Source of the DNA: Minisyncoccota bacterium
GTDB lineage: Bacteria > Patescibacteriota > Minisyncoccia > Phycocordibacterales > SBAW01
NCBI GenBank assembly: GCA_035546615.1
Contig: DASZWM010000003.1
Span: forward strand, 32,001-96,000
DNA: 64,000 nucleotides
Direction of reading: 5' to 3'
Part shown: positions 26,809-34,424 of the stretch, piece by piece
How positions within the stretch are numbered: position 1 is the first letter of the stretch
Layout: every line of letters starts with the position of its first letter
Made by a program: the position numbers and the translations under genes
The notes under the pieces: generated by a model
The model's input: the letters and a program-made list of their open reading frames with translations, nothing else
Told to the model about the DNA's origin: nothing
Databases searched by the model: none

Positions 26809-27040
26809 CGAAGTTCATATGATCGACCACATCTACACTTTGGCCCCGGCGAAGCGATCCTTCGTGTCCACCTGGCTTAGTCCATGAAACGCTGTAGCGA
26901 ACATCGCCTCCGAACGGACCAGTTGGGAATGCGAGCTTGATGACTTGCTCGTAGCTAATATCGTGTTCACCCCACTTCTCTTGAATACCGTTCACAACAA
27001 TGCTTATGGTGTGTCCATGCCCTTTATTATCGTCTGCCAT
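26783..27040 (-). CDS. Multiubiquitin-like beta-grasp protein (85 aa, no C-terminal GG)
   Basis: ISIVVNG...ISYEQVIKLAFP...RYSVSW...GQSVDVVDHMNFDVR matches, from memory, the multiubiquitin domain pattern of prokaryotic E1/E2 operons. It overlaps the E1-like gene start by 26 nt. Confidence 0.5.
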   Translation of the reverse strand: MADDNKGHGHTISIVVNGIQEKWGEHDISYEQVIKLAFPTGPFGGDVRYSVSWTKPGGHEGSLRRGQSVDVVDHMNFDVRNTDKS

Positions 27041-27224
27041 ATAATTTTAATTGTCGGCTTTTTAATTTAAGTGCGGCACCGGTCGACCGCACTTGTATCG
27101 TACACCCATTTCTGATACCCTTGCAAGGTAACTAGATGTATCAAATGTTACCTAAAGTACCATATTTGTTATATCTGATACCTGTTGTTACAACCTATAA
27201 CAAGTTACGCACAGATTTCAAATC

Positions 27225-27584
27225 ATGAGAAAATCATCCGCTACAATAAACAATGAAAGCAGATCCACAGAGCTTGAAATCCGGAAAGAGATTGGCAGAC
27301 GTATCGCTGAAATGCGTAGCAAACTGGGGCTTACAGCTCGCCTTGTTGCCAAAGAACTTCATGTCTCACGCGAAGCCATTACTCACATTGAAACAGGGCG
27401 AAACAATATATCTGCCGTATCGCTGTGGGAATTGGCGACTCTCTTCCATTGTGATATTGCTGATTTTTTCCCTGATATTCCTAATGGATATTCTTTAACT
27501 AGGGTCGATATTAATAAAGTAGCACAAATGAGTGGAAAGACAGGGGCGGCATGGGCTGAAAAGATTTTTGGGAAAAAGAAATAA
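27225..27584 (+). CDS. XRE-family HTH transcriptional regulator (CapH/ImmR-like)
   Basis: HTH_3 signature IGRRIAEMRSKLGLTARLVAKELHVSREAITHIETGRNNIS. Confidence 0.85.
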   Translation: MRKSSATINNESRSTELEIRKEIGRRIAEMRSKLGLTARLVAKELHVSREAITHIETGRNNISAVSLWELATLFHCDIADFFPDIPNGYSLTRVDINKVAQMSGKTGAAWAEKIFGKKK

Positions 27585-27588
27585 ATAT

Positions 27589-28083
27589 ATGATGTCAGAA
27601 AGAATTGAGAAAAAAGCGGAGGAAGTCTTAAGCGCACTGAATGTTAAGTCAATACCTATCTCTGTTGAAGAAATCGCGAATCAATTAAAGATCAAGATAG
27701 GAAGAGCACCTAGTAGTGAATTTTCTGGAATGTTGATTCGAAAAGATGGTCGAGCACTTATGGGTATAAATAACAGTGAAGGCACTGCGAGACAACGATT
27801 CACTATTGCGCATGAACTTGGGCATTATTTCTTACATCCACAAAATGATACTTTTGTAGACTATAGGCAGAACGAAAAAGAACCAAGAAATCATAGAGAA
27901 CGAGAGGCTGATATGTTTGCAGCAGCACTCTTAATGCCTAGGAAAGAAGTAACAAAAGACTTTCAGAAAATTGTTAGGAAAGGATTTTCAGAAATTGAAC
28001 TTCACAAACTGGCAGGAAAATATGAAGTGAGCGACAAAGCAATGAGATTTAGGTTAGTAAACTTAAATATGCTATTAGGTTAA
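27589..28083 (+). CDS. ImmA/IrrE family Zn-metallopeptidase (CapP/ImmA-like)
   Basis: HELGHYFLH HExxH motif in the COG2856 fold context. It lies immediately downstream of the XRE gene. Confidence 0.85.
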   Translation: MMSERIEKKAEEVLSALNVKSIPISVEEIANQLKIKIGRAPSSEFSGMLIRKDGRALMGINNSEGTARQRFTIAHELGHYFLHPQNDTFVDYRQNEKEPRNHREREADMFAAALLMPRKEVTKDFQKIVRKGFSEIELHKLAGKYEVSDKAMRFRLVNLNMLLG

Positions 28084-28087
28084 GATT

Positions 28088-28348
28088 TTATTGTCTACTC
28101 CCTTGTGATCCTAATCTATCCGTAAAAGGTCCCTCACGATGGGCCGCCGGATCTACATCCTTTTTTGTAATAACCTGGGGAAAGCGGGTATTTTCTTCAA
28201 TCTGCTCTAGTAACGTGACTATTCTGTTCAATTTCCAGTACCAGGTAAGGATTTCCCTGATCAGGAGGAATATCAGAGCGCCCACGCATAGGACAAAAAC
28301 GATATTTGGTAGCTGGGACCAGTAATATTGAAATAAGGGTTGAAGCAT
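28088..28348 (-). CDS. Small membrane protein (one TM helix), downstream partner of AbrB-like gene
   Basis: IVFVLCVGALIFLLI helix. Coordinates are from the track. Confidence 0.4.
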   Translation of the reverse strand: MLQPLFQYYWSQLPNIVFVLCVGALIFLLIREILTWYWKLNRIVTLLEQIEENTRFPQVITKKDVDPAAHREGPFTDRLGSQGSRQ

Positions 28349-28351
28349 ATA

Positions 28352-28540
28352 TTACTTCTTCCAGTCGCGGATTATCAGCTTCTTTCTCTTCAGATCCACC
28401 TCTACGGTGAGCTTTTGGCGCTCTTTCCACTTGAACTTGCGGATAGCCTCCACCGGAAGCGCGACCGTATAGGTACTTCCCCGCCCCGTCTTGGTGAGCT
28501 TGCGGACCTGCTTTTTCTGCCCCGCCTTCGGCCGTGCCAT
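28352..28540 (-). CDS. AbrB/MazE/SpoVT-like small DNA-binding protein (candidate antitoxin)
   Basis: VRKLTKTGRGSTYTVALPVEAIRKFKWKERQKLTVEV resembles the looped-hinge helix fold. Confidence 0.45.
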   Translation of the reverse strand: MARPKAGQKKQVRKLTKTGRGSTYTVALPVEAIRKFKWKERQKLTVEVDLKRKKLIIRDWKK

Positions 28541-28600
28541 GCGGATATGATACCACCGAACTCCTGAGCTAACTCAAGAGTTAGCTCAGGAGTTAATTAA

Positions 28601-28627
28601 AAACCGGCGCCTGGGGCGCCGGTTTGG
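28601..28627. terminator. Bidirectional intrinsic terminator at the island's right edge
   Basis: AAAAACCGGCGCC-TGGG-GCGCCGGTTT. Confidence 0.6.
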
Positions 28628-28642
28628 CCAAGGTTGGCCGGA

Positions 28643-28918
28643 TTACTGAAGCGTGGGGCTGGAGCGGGTCTCGCTTATAGCCCAGTTGCCGTACAGGGTA
28701 TCGAGCTCGAGCTTGAGCTGCACGACCCGCTCGACCATCCCGACGTCTACGACGCGGAGATTAATCATAAAGGCCTCGGCATTGCGTATCGCCGCTTTGA
28801 TCTCCTTCTTCTTCGCGATGATCTCGGGCGGGAGCCGCCGCTTCCCGCTGTGGAAATCTCCGGCAAGCCGGATCATTGTCCGCGCCTCGTCGGGAGTAAG
28901 TACCCGATACTGATCCAA
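28643..28918 (-). CDS. Hypothetical protein
   Basis: A 91-aa ORF with protein-like composition in a GC-rich context. Confidence 0.4.
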   Translation of the reverse strand: MDQYRVLTPDEARTMIRLAGDFHSGKRRLPPEIIAKKKEIKAAIRNAEAFMINLRVVDVGMVERVVQLKLELDTLYGNWAISETRSSPTLQ

Positions 28919-28983
28919 AGCCTCTCTCCTGTCTTATAAGCGGCCACCCGCTTTCGGGTACGATACTAGCATCGAAAAAAGAA

Positions 28984-29016
28984 ATAAAACAGGCCCGCGG
29001 CTTGCGCCGCGGGCCT
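28984..29016 (-). terminator. Intrinsic terminator downstream of 29040..29465
   Basis: GGCCCGCGGC-GCAA-GCCGCGGGCC followed by TTTTATTTCTTTTTT on the minus strand. Confidence 0.6.
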
Positions 29017-29039
29017 CTTGTCTGCCTAACTCCGTGGAG

Positions 29040-29465
29040 TTAGGACCTCTTCCCTGCCGGCTCCATGTAGAAGATCCAGAACTCCAGCGACGAATTGCCG
29101 ACATCCACCATCCAGCCGTGGGCGTACTCGTCGCCGTTATTCACCACGCCGTAGTCGATGTTTACTTTCCCGACCTGGACCGGACCGACCTGGTTGAGGC
29201 CGCAGCGGGGATAGCCGCGAGCGTCGACCTCCTGGTGATACACGGTGTATAGCGCCGTGCTTTCGGCCGGATCCCGATAGCGGGCGTCCAGGAGGGTCTT
29301 CAGATCTTCCTGAGATTTGCACCACAGGACCGGCTGGCGGAACCAACCGTAAAATTCCTCGCCCGGCGGCTGCGCCGAGACGGGAGCTACGAGGCACGCC
29401 ATGCACGCGAGAGCAATCAAAGAACGGTTGAACATCTTGGACCTCGTTGGTTGGTCCTTGGACAT
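29040..29465 (-). CDS. Secreted hypothetical protein
   Basis: Signal peptide MFNRSLIALACMACLVAPVSA from the internal ATG at 29435. Confidence 0.5.
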   Translation of the reverse strand: MSKDQPTRSKMFNRSLIALACMACLVAPVSAQPPGEEFYGWFRQPVLWCKSQEDLKTLLDARYRDPAESTALYTVYHQEVDARGYPRCGLNQVGPVQVGKVNIDYGVVNNGDEYAHGWMVDVGNSSLEFWIFYMEPAGKRS

Positions 29466-29530
29466 CCTCTCTGCCTACACCTTTTTTCGTCCTTGGGAGG
29501 ACATACCGATTGTATGACGTCTTGTGCCGA

Positions 29531-29559
29531 TGGCAAATAGTCCGCGCTTTTGCTAGAGT
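29531..29559 (+). promoter_or_regulatory. Promoter copy 1: TGGCAA-N17-TAGAGT
   Basis: Seen directly. Shares GCGCTTTTGCTA with copy 2. An AGGAGA SD and an ATG at 29590 follow. Confidence 0.5.
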
Positions 29560-29589
29560 ACTGGCTGGCACGAACAACAGGAGACGCGG

Positions 29590-29961
29590 ATGATCAATTG
29601 CCTTATGGTCCGGGGCACCGGCATCACGAACAGCATGTCGAGCCTTCTCTACCGGACCGCCATGCAGATGGTGCAGGAAAAGAAAAGCTCGAAGAAGTTC
29701 AAGGGCGGCGACTGCCAGGGCGTCCTTTCGACAGAATGGAAGTACGCCGGCATGGGCACGATATCGGGCCTGCAGTTCAGCGCGAAGGTGGAGAGCGCGG
29801 CGGGTACGACCGAGGTTACGTTCATCATCCGCTCGCTGGACCTGGACGAACCGGATGACGACTCGTGGGAAGCGGTACCCGACCAGGAGACGTTCGACCG
29901 CTACGCGGTTGCGGACGCGCTCGAAGAGCGGGACGCGATTCCCAGATCCAGGCTCAACTGA
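29590..29961 (+). CDS. Hypothetical protein
   Basis: ATG with a good SD (AGGAGA). 123 aa. Confidence 0.45.
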   Translation: MINCLMVRGTGITNSMSSLLYRTAMQMVQEKKSSKKFKGGDCQGVLSTEWKYAGMGTISGLQFSAKVESAAGTTEVTFIIRSLDLDEPDDDSWEAVPDQETFDRYAVADALEERDAIPRSRLN

Positions 29962-30020
29962 TGCGGATTGCTCCCGCCGAAAAAGCCCCGCGCGCCCCAC
30001 GGCGCGCGGGGCTTTCTGCA

Positions 30021-30049
30021 TGGCAAACGGCCCGCGCTTTTGCTACAGT
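30021..30049 (+). promoter_or_regulatory. Promoter copy 2: TGGCAA-N17-TACAGT
   Basis: A near-identical 35-nt element (ATGGCAAA..CCGCGCTTTTGCTA.AGTAC.GG) to copy 1. Confidence 0.5.
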
Positions 30050-30081
30050 ACGGGCGGATAGAAACTTGAGGAGTGCAGCTG

Positions 30082-30666
30082 ATGACACTAAAGAAGATGC
30101 AGATACTGCTTCCCAGGGGCTTTGTCGATCCGACGGGCCCCGGGATGAAAGACGTGCCGCTCTTCTTTTTGGGCGGGCCGGTGCGCGGCGGCGGAGACTG
30201 GCAGTCGAGAATGGCAATCATGCTGGCCGAGATGGTAGATGGCGACTGCCTGATAGCTATCCCTGCGCGGTGGAACGGAGACCATTGCCTGGCGCATCGC
30301 GTTACACCGACGGACAGGAAGTCAGACTTTCCGCGCCAGCTCAACTGGGAGCGATACTACCTGAACCATGCGGGATTCCATCCGCGCCCGGGATGCGTCG
30401 TTTTCTGGCTCGCAGTCCAGCGGGAATCCCGGCCGGCCGAAGACGGGCCGTACGCCCAGGACACCTACGGGGAGGTTGGCGAGTGGCGAGGGCGCATGAT
30501 GTACAACCCGTCGATACGCTTCGTCGCGGGAGCGGAAGCGACGTTCCCCGGCCTGGATGTCATCCAGCGCAACTTCAATATGGCGCTTAACCGCGAGTTC
30601 CCGATCTATAAGACGATGGAGGAAACCGCGGCGGCGGCCGTGAAAGCGGCGCTGGCGCAAGCGTAA
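30082..30666 (+). CDS. Nucleoside 2-deoxyribosyltransferase-like protein (tentative)
   Basis: The N-terminal VPLFFLGGPVRGGGDWQ resembles the Nuc_deoxyri_tr2-like Rossmann start. An ATG with a GAGGAG SD (the track uses GTG at 30073). Confidence 0.4.
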   Translation: MTLKKMQILLPRGFVDPTGPGMKDVPLFFLGGPVRGGGDWQSRMAIMLAEMVDGDCLIAIPARWNGDHCLAHRVTPTDRKSDFPRQLNWERYYLNHAGFHPRPGCVVFWLAVQRESRPAEDGPYAQDTYGEVGEWRGRMMYNPSIRFVAGAEATFPGLDVIQRNFNMALNREFPIYKTMEETAAAAVKAALAQA

Positions 30667-30676
30667 GGAGGAAACG

Positions 30677-30865
30677 ATGGAACAATGGATGGCGTACCTG
30701 CAAGAGCAAGAGGCGCAGGCCAAAGCGATGGTCGAGAACGCCGTTCCTGCGAACTGGGAAGATTTCCTGCTCCAGAATAAGCTTCTTATCGCGGCGGCGA
30801 TGTTTGCCGTAGCCTGGTTCCTACTGATGCCTGACTGGCTGAAGGACTGGTTCCGCGGGAAATAG
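30677..30865 (+). CDS. Small membrane protein
   Basis: AGGAGG SD, 62 aa, one TM helix. Confidence 0.45.
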   Translation: MEQWMAYLQEQEAQAKAMVENAVPANWEDFLLQNKLLIAAAMFAVAWFLLMPDWLKDWFRGK

Positions 30866-30882
30866 CGCTGTAGAAAAGGAAA

Positions 30883-30925
30883 TCGCCGCGGGCTTCCCAG
30901 CCCGCGGCGTTCTTTGTTTATTTAG
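30883..30925 (+). terminator. Intrinsic terminator
   Basis: GCCGCGGGC-TTCCCA-GCCCGCGGC followed by TTCTTTGTTTATTT. Confidence 0.55.
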
Positions 30926-31222
30926 TGCACCGTGCCGACGAGCGACTGCGCGAAATGGAGCACGAGCTCAAGCATCGAAATGAGGAAATTTATGAACAGC
31001 GTGAGCAGGCTGAGCAGGAAGCCCAGGATGAGATCAAGGATATGCGTTATGAAATCCATGGAACCAGTATACACCGCTCTTTTCCCTATATCAGGAATGA
31101 GTTTTGCAAAAATCGATGAGATGCAAGGCGCGGGCGAGGCTCGGACCGAGCAATAGGCCGCCTATTGTGAGGGAGACCCGCAGCCCGCAACGCGGCAGGT
31201 CGCGATTTTTGCGAAACGCAAG

Positions 31223-31882
31223 CTACTCCCAGGTGGTGGTACCGGTCCCGCCTATCGGAAACTGCGGCCCCAGATACTTGGGTACGCGATAGAACATGAT
31301 GTCGAGCTGGGCTTTGATGGTTGCAGGGGCTTCGCGCGCGTAGTTGTACAGCGACACGCCGTCGGCTCCCGCCTCAACGCCTATGGCCTGAAGACCCAGG
31401 CGCCGCGCAATGTAGACCGCGCGCGGCAGATGGAACGCCTGCGTCACTACGGTTACCGACGTGATCCCGAACACGTCGCGGGCGCGGTACATGCTCGAGT
31501 AGGTATCGAAGCCCGCATGGTCGAGGAATATGTCCTCCCCCGGCACGCCCGCGGCCAGGAGGTAGCGGCGCACGGGCTCGACCTCGTTGTGACTGAGCGT
31601 GCTGTTGTCGCCGGTCATGAGGATCTTGGCAATCTTCCCCGCCTGATAGAGCTCCACCGCCTTGTCCACGCGCTCGCGCAGGACCGGCGACAGCGTGCCG
31701 TCCCGCATGACCGATGCGCCCAGCACGAGGGCAGCCTGCGTCTGCGGCGCAGAGGAGACGCTCTTGTATATGTACTCGCGCGCGCTCAGCTGAACCGGAA
31801 GGTACAGGGACAGCGCAACGCAAAGCCCGGCAAGGACCGCTCCGGCTATGTAGTGCCACCATCGCATATATCCAGTATACAA
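31223..31882 (-). CDS. SanA/YdcF (DUF218) family protein
   Basis: Membrane anchor plus DUF218 core (ALVLGASV...ILMTGDNS...DHAGFDTY...TQAFHLPRA). Confidence 0.75.
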   Translation of the reverse strand: MYTGYMRWWHYIAGAVLAGLCVALSLYLPVQLSAREYIYKSVSSAPQTQAALVLGASVMRDGTLSPVLRERVDKAVELYQAGKIAKILMTGDNSTLSHNEVEPVRRYLLAAGVPGEDIFLDHAGFDTYSSMYRARDVFGITSVTVVTQAFHLPRAVYIARRLGLQAIGVEAGADGVSLYNYAREAPATIKAQLDIMFYRVPKYLGPQFPIGGTGTTTWE

Positions 31883-31986
31883 GGTCGGGGTATTTTTACT
31901 TTAAAGCGCGCGCGTGGTATAGAAGAAAGAGACTTGCGTTCGCCCTATATACCCCTACTCACACCGAAAGACGAGGAGGACTTATA

Positions 31987-32520
31987 TTGTTCACCCAAGG
32001 CATATACGTACCGCACCGGGAGTCCGGACCGGACAGGATATGGGCCGGCAAGCCCGTGCTCCTGTGCGGAGCGCTGGAGCTCTCCCGCACCGTGGAGGAA
32101 AATCTGGCCCAGATCCGCACCCAGGCTATCGACATGGAAGCCGTTCGCCCGTTCGCGGGCGGGAAGAAGCGCTACGCCGTCGAGTTCCTGATGCTCGGGC
32201 AGAAGGCGGCCTTCTACGGCGAAGACAGCCTGCGCAGGCAGATACACAAGAGCCGGCTGGCCCAGTGCAAGGGCAAGACGATAGCGCTGTCCCTCGGCTC
32301 CCCGGGCCGCGTGCGGGTCATCGCGCGAGGCGTGCTTGAATCAGTGGAGGGCGAGTACGTTACCGTCTCGAGAGGCATCCTCTCGCGGGTGAACGGGCAT
32401 CGCATCAGCAGGACCCCGAAGCCGGAGGAGCCGAAGCGCGGCCGCGGCGACCTGTTCTTCAAGCTCCGCAAGGTCGTGGACATTTACCTGCCGGAACCCC
32501 CCGCCGAAGCGCCGGCTTAG
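31987..32520 (+). CDS. Hypothetical protein (TTG start)
   Basis: A GAGGAGGA SD lies 8 nt before the TTG at 31987. The track ORF is extended upstream into the SanA gene. Confidence 0.4.
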   Translation: MFTQGIYVPHRESGPDRIWAGKPVLLCGALELSRTVEENLAQIRTQAIDMEAVRPFAGGKKRYAVEFLMLGQKAAFYGEDSLRRQIHKSRLAQCKGKTIALSLGSPGRVRVIARGVLESVEGEYVTVSRGILSRVNGHRISRTPKPEEPKRGRGDLFFKLRKVVDIYLPEPPAEAPA

Positions 32521-32585
32521 GCGCAGCGAGCACGAACGAAAGGCCGCCCTCCAGGAGGGCGGCCTTTTCCTTTACCTTCTTTAAT

Positions 32586-33455
32586 TTACCTGCCGAGCAC
32601 GAGGCTGCGGCGGATGAAGTCGAACTCGGTGACGAGCTTCGCCTTGTCAAACGCGGTTACCGTGCCCTCCGGATAGTTCCCTAGTTGCGTTGAGTGTATG
32701 TAGTAGCGCACCGCGGTGCACGGATTGGTCCCGGGTATGGAGAACACCGCTTCGTCGTAGAGGTTGCCCGCGCCCGCGCCGCTTGAAGTAGCGGCCGAGT
32801 AATCGACGCCCGAATCGCTGAAGGTTATCGCCTTGCCGCCGTCCAGGAAGGACGTTGCGAGACACGCGCTATTTCCCGGAAGCCACTCAACGCTGATGTA
32901 GGAATCTTTAGACAGGTTGGTGCCTTGCGCGCTCGAGGCGGGAATGGTGAACTTCACGCCCGAAATATTCTTGCCCGGGCCGAGCGCCTGGTACGTATAG
33001 GGCGCGGCCGTGTAGCCCGCCGGGAAGCGGAGGCTGAAGCCCGCGGTCGAGGTCGCGTATACCTGGTTGAGAAGCCCTGTGGCGTCCGGAGCGACCATGA
33101 CGCAGCCGCTGTAGGTCTCCTGCTGGGAGGCGCCCTCCTCTACGAAGGCGGTATTGCCTTTGCCCCAGAAGACGAAGCTCTCGTCCTGATTGGCATAGCG
33201 GATGCCCGAACCCGAAACGGCCTGCGGGAGCGCCATGGTGCGGCCGTCGCTGAGGCTGAGCGCCACGCTCCCCTCAAAAAATGCCGCGCTGATGGAGCGG
33301 CCCGCGTCGCACGCGAATGCGGCGGTCGCGACCGGCTGGGGGCCCGCGGCCGTGTCGGCGGGCGCAGCGGACTTCGTGCCCGCGAAATACCACCACCCTG
33401 CGCCGAGGACGGCGATGAGCGCGACGACGACTATTACTGCTGTTGATGTTTTCAT
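32586..33455 (-). CDS. Exported hypothetical protein (GAGWWYF anchor)
   Basis: N-terminus MKTSTAVIVVVALIAVLGAGWWYF, paralogous to the 20289 gene. Probably beta-rich. Confidence 0.55.
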   Translation of the reverse strand: MKTSTAVIVVVALIAVLGAGWWYFAGTKSAAPADTAAGPQPVATAAFACDAGRSISAAFFEGSVALSLSDGRTMALPQAVSGSGIRYANQDESFVFWGKGNTAFVEEGASQQETYSGCVMVAPDATGLLNQVYATSTAGFSLRFPAGYTAAPYTYQALGPGKNISGVKFTIPASSAQGTNLSKDSYISVEWLPGNSACLATSFLDGGKAITFSDSGVDYSAATSSGAGAGNLYDEAVFSIPGTNPCTAVRYYIHSTQLGNYPEGTVTAFDKAKLVTEFDFIRRSLVLGR

Positions 33456-33493
33456 GATGAGAAAATGATAAGTAAATAACTGCCGCCGAGGCG

Positions 33494-33865
33494 CTACCCT
33501 TCAGCCTGCGCCCCTGCGCGTGAAGCGCGCGTGAGCATCAGGGCGAGAGCGATGCCTGCTATAGATACGTCGCGGAAGAGCGTGTCGAAGCCGTGCAGGT
33601 GCGTGCCGACGATAGCGAGCAAGGTCAGCAGGGCCAGCGCGCACGGCCAGATTATCTTCCAGCCTGAGAGTATCCAGAGCGCGATGACGGCCTCGAACAA
33701 CCCGAACCCGTGGAGCAGTACCGCGTCGGGCACGATGCCGTGCATGAAGCCGGGAAAATAGCCGAGCCAGGTGTCCGGATCCCGCAGGGCATCCAGCGGC
33801 GGATACAGGAACGCGAAGGCCAGCGATGCGCGCAAGACCAGATCGCTCAAGCGGCCGAGGTTCAT
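33494..33865 (-). CDS. Integral membrane protein
   Basis: Four predicted TM helices. Confidence 0.45.
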   Translation of the reverse strand: MNLGRLSDLVLRASLAFAFLYPPLDALRDPDTWLGYFPGFMHGIVPDAVLLHGFGLFEAVIALWILSGWKIIWPCALALLTLLAIVGTHLHGFDTLFRDVSIAGIALALMLTRASRAGAQAEG

Positions 33866-33866
33866 A

Positions 33867-34358
33867 TTATTCTACGACCCTGATAGTCCCGTAATTCTCC
33901 TCGTCGCGGTGGTTGTGATAGTTGAACGAGCCCACCTTGTCGAAGGTGAAGGAGAACGTGTCGCCGGTCGAACACTGATCAAACGGCTTGGAGCCCGCAT
34001 AGTCCGCCGCGCAGTGCTCGGAACGGGTCGTGCCGTCGTAGCCGTCGTGGTCGGGGTGCGGGGCGCTGCCGATCCACATATCGGTACCGCTCCGGTTGAC
34101 CCAGGTAACGGTGCCGCCTTTCTTGATAGTTACGGTCTGGGGCTGGAAAGCGGCAGCGGCGGTATACGTGACGGTTGCTTCCATAGGAGCCTGCGAGACA
34201 TCGCCCAAGCCCTGATCTTCATTCGCGGAACCCGCCGCCGCCTGGGTATCTTCTGCCCCCGGAGCCGGAGTGCCGGTTTGCGACGTGACGTACCAGTATC
34301 CCCCGCCCACGACGATAATGAGGATGGCAAGCATTCCTACAGCTGTTTTTATATCCAT
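33867..34358 (-). CDS. Exported cupredoxin-like protein
   Basis: GGGYWY anchor, and TVTIKKGGTVTWVNRSG...H.DHDG...C...H.H resembles a plastocyanin-like fold. Confidence 0.45.
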   Translation of the reverse strand: MDIKTAVGMLAILIIVVGGGYWYVTSQTGTPAPGAEDTQAAAGSANEDQGLGDVSQAPMEATVTYTAAAAFQPQTVTIKKGGTVTWVNRSGTDMWIGSAPHPDHDGYDGTTRSEHCAADYAGSKPFDQCSTGDTFSFTFDKVGSFNYHNHRDEENYGTIRVVE

Positions 34359-34424
34359 ATAGTCAAGAGATTACGGGAAGTAATGGACAATGAACGCTAC
34401 ATACTCAAGTATAACACGCGAGCC

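Larger units (their letters stand above)
22106..28630. other. AT-rich genomic (defence) island: RM cassette, Ubl/E1 module, HTH-metallopeptidase switch, AbrB-like pair
   Basis: Base composition drops abruptly at about 22106 and recovers after the terminator at about 28601-28627. All genes inside have AT-rich codon usage. Confidence 0.75.

Noticed and set aside
22106-28630. Integrase, transposase or att repeats for the AT-rich island
   Set aside because: None of the island ORFs has recombinase motifs (no RHRY tyrosine recombinase, no DDE, no serine recombinase). I could not find direct repeats at the borders, so the island is not called a mobile_element proper.
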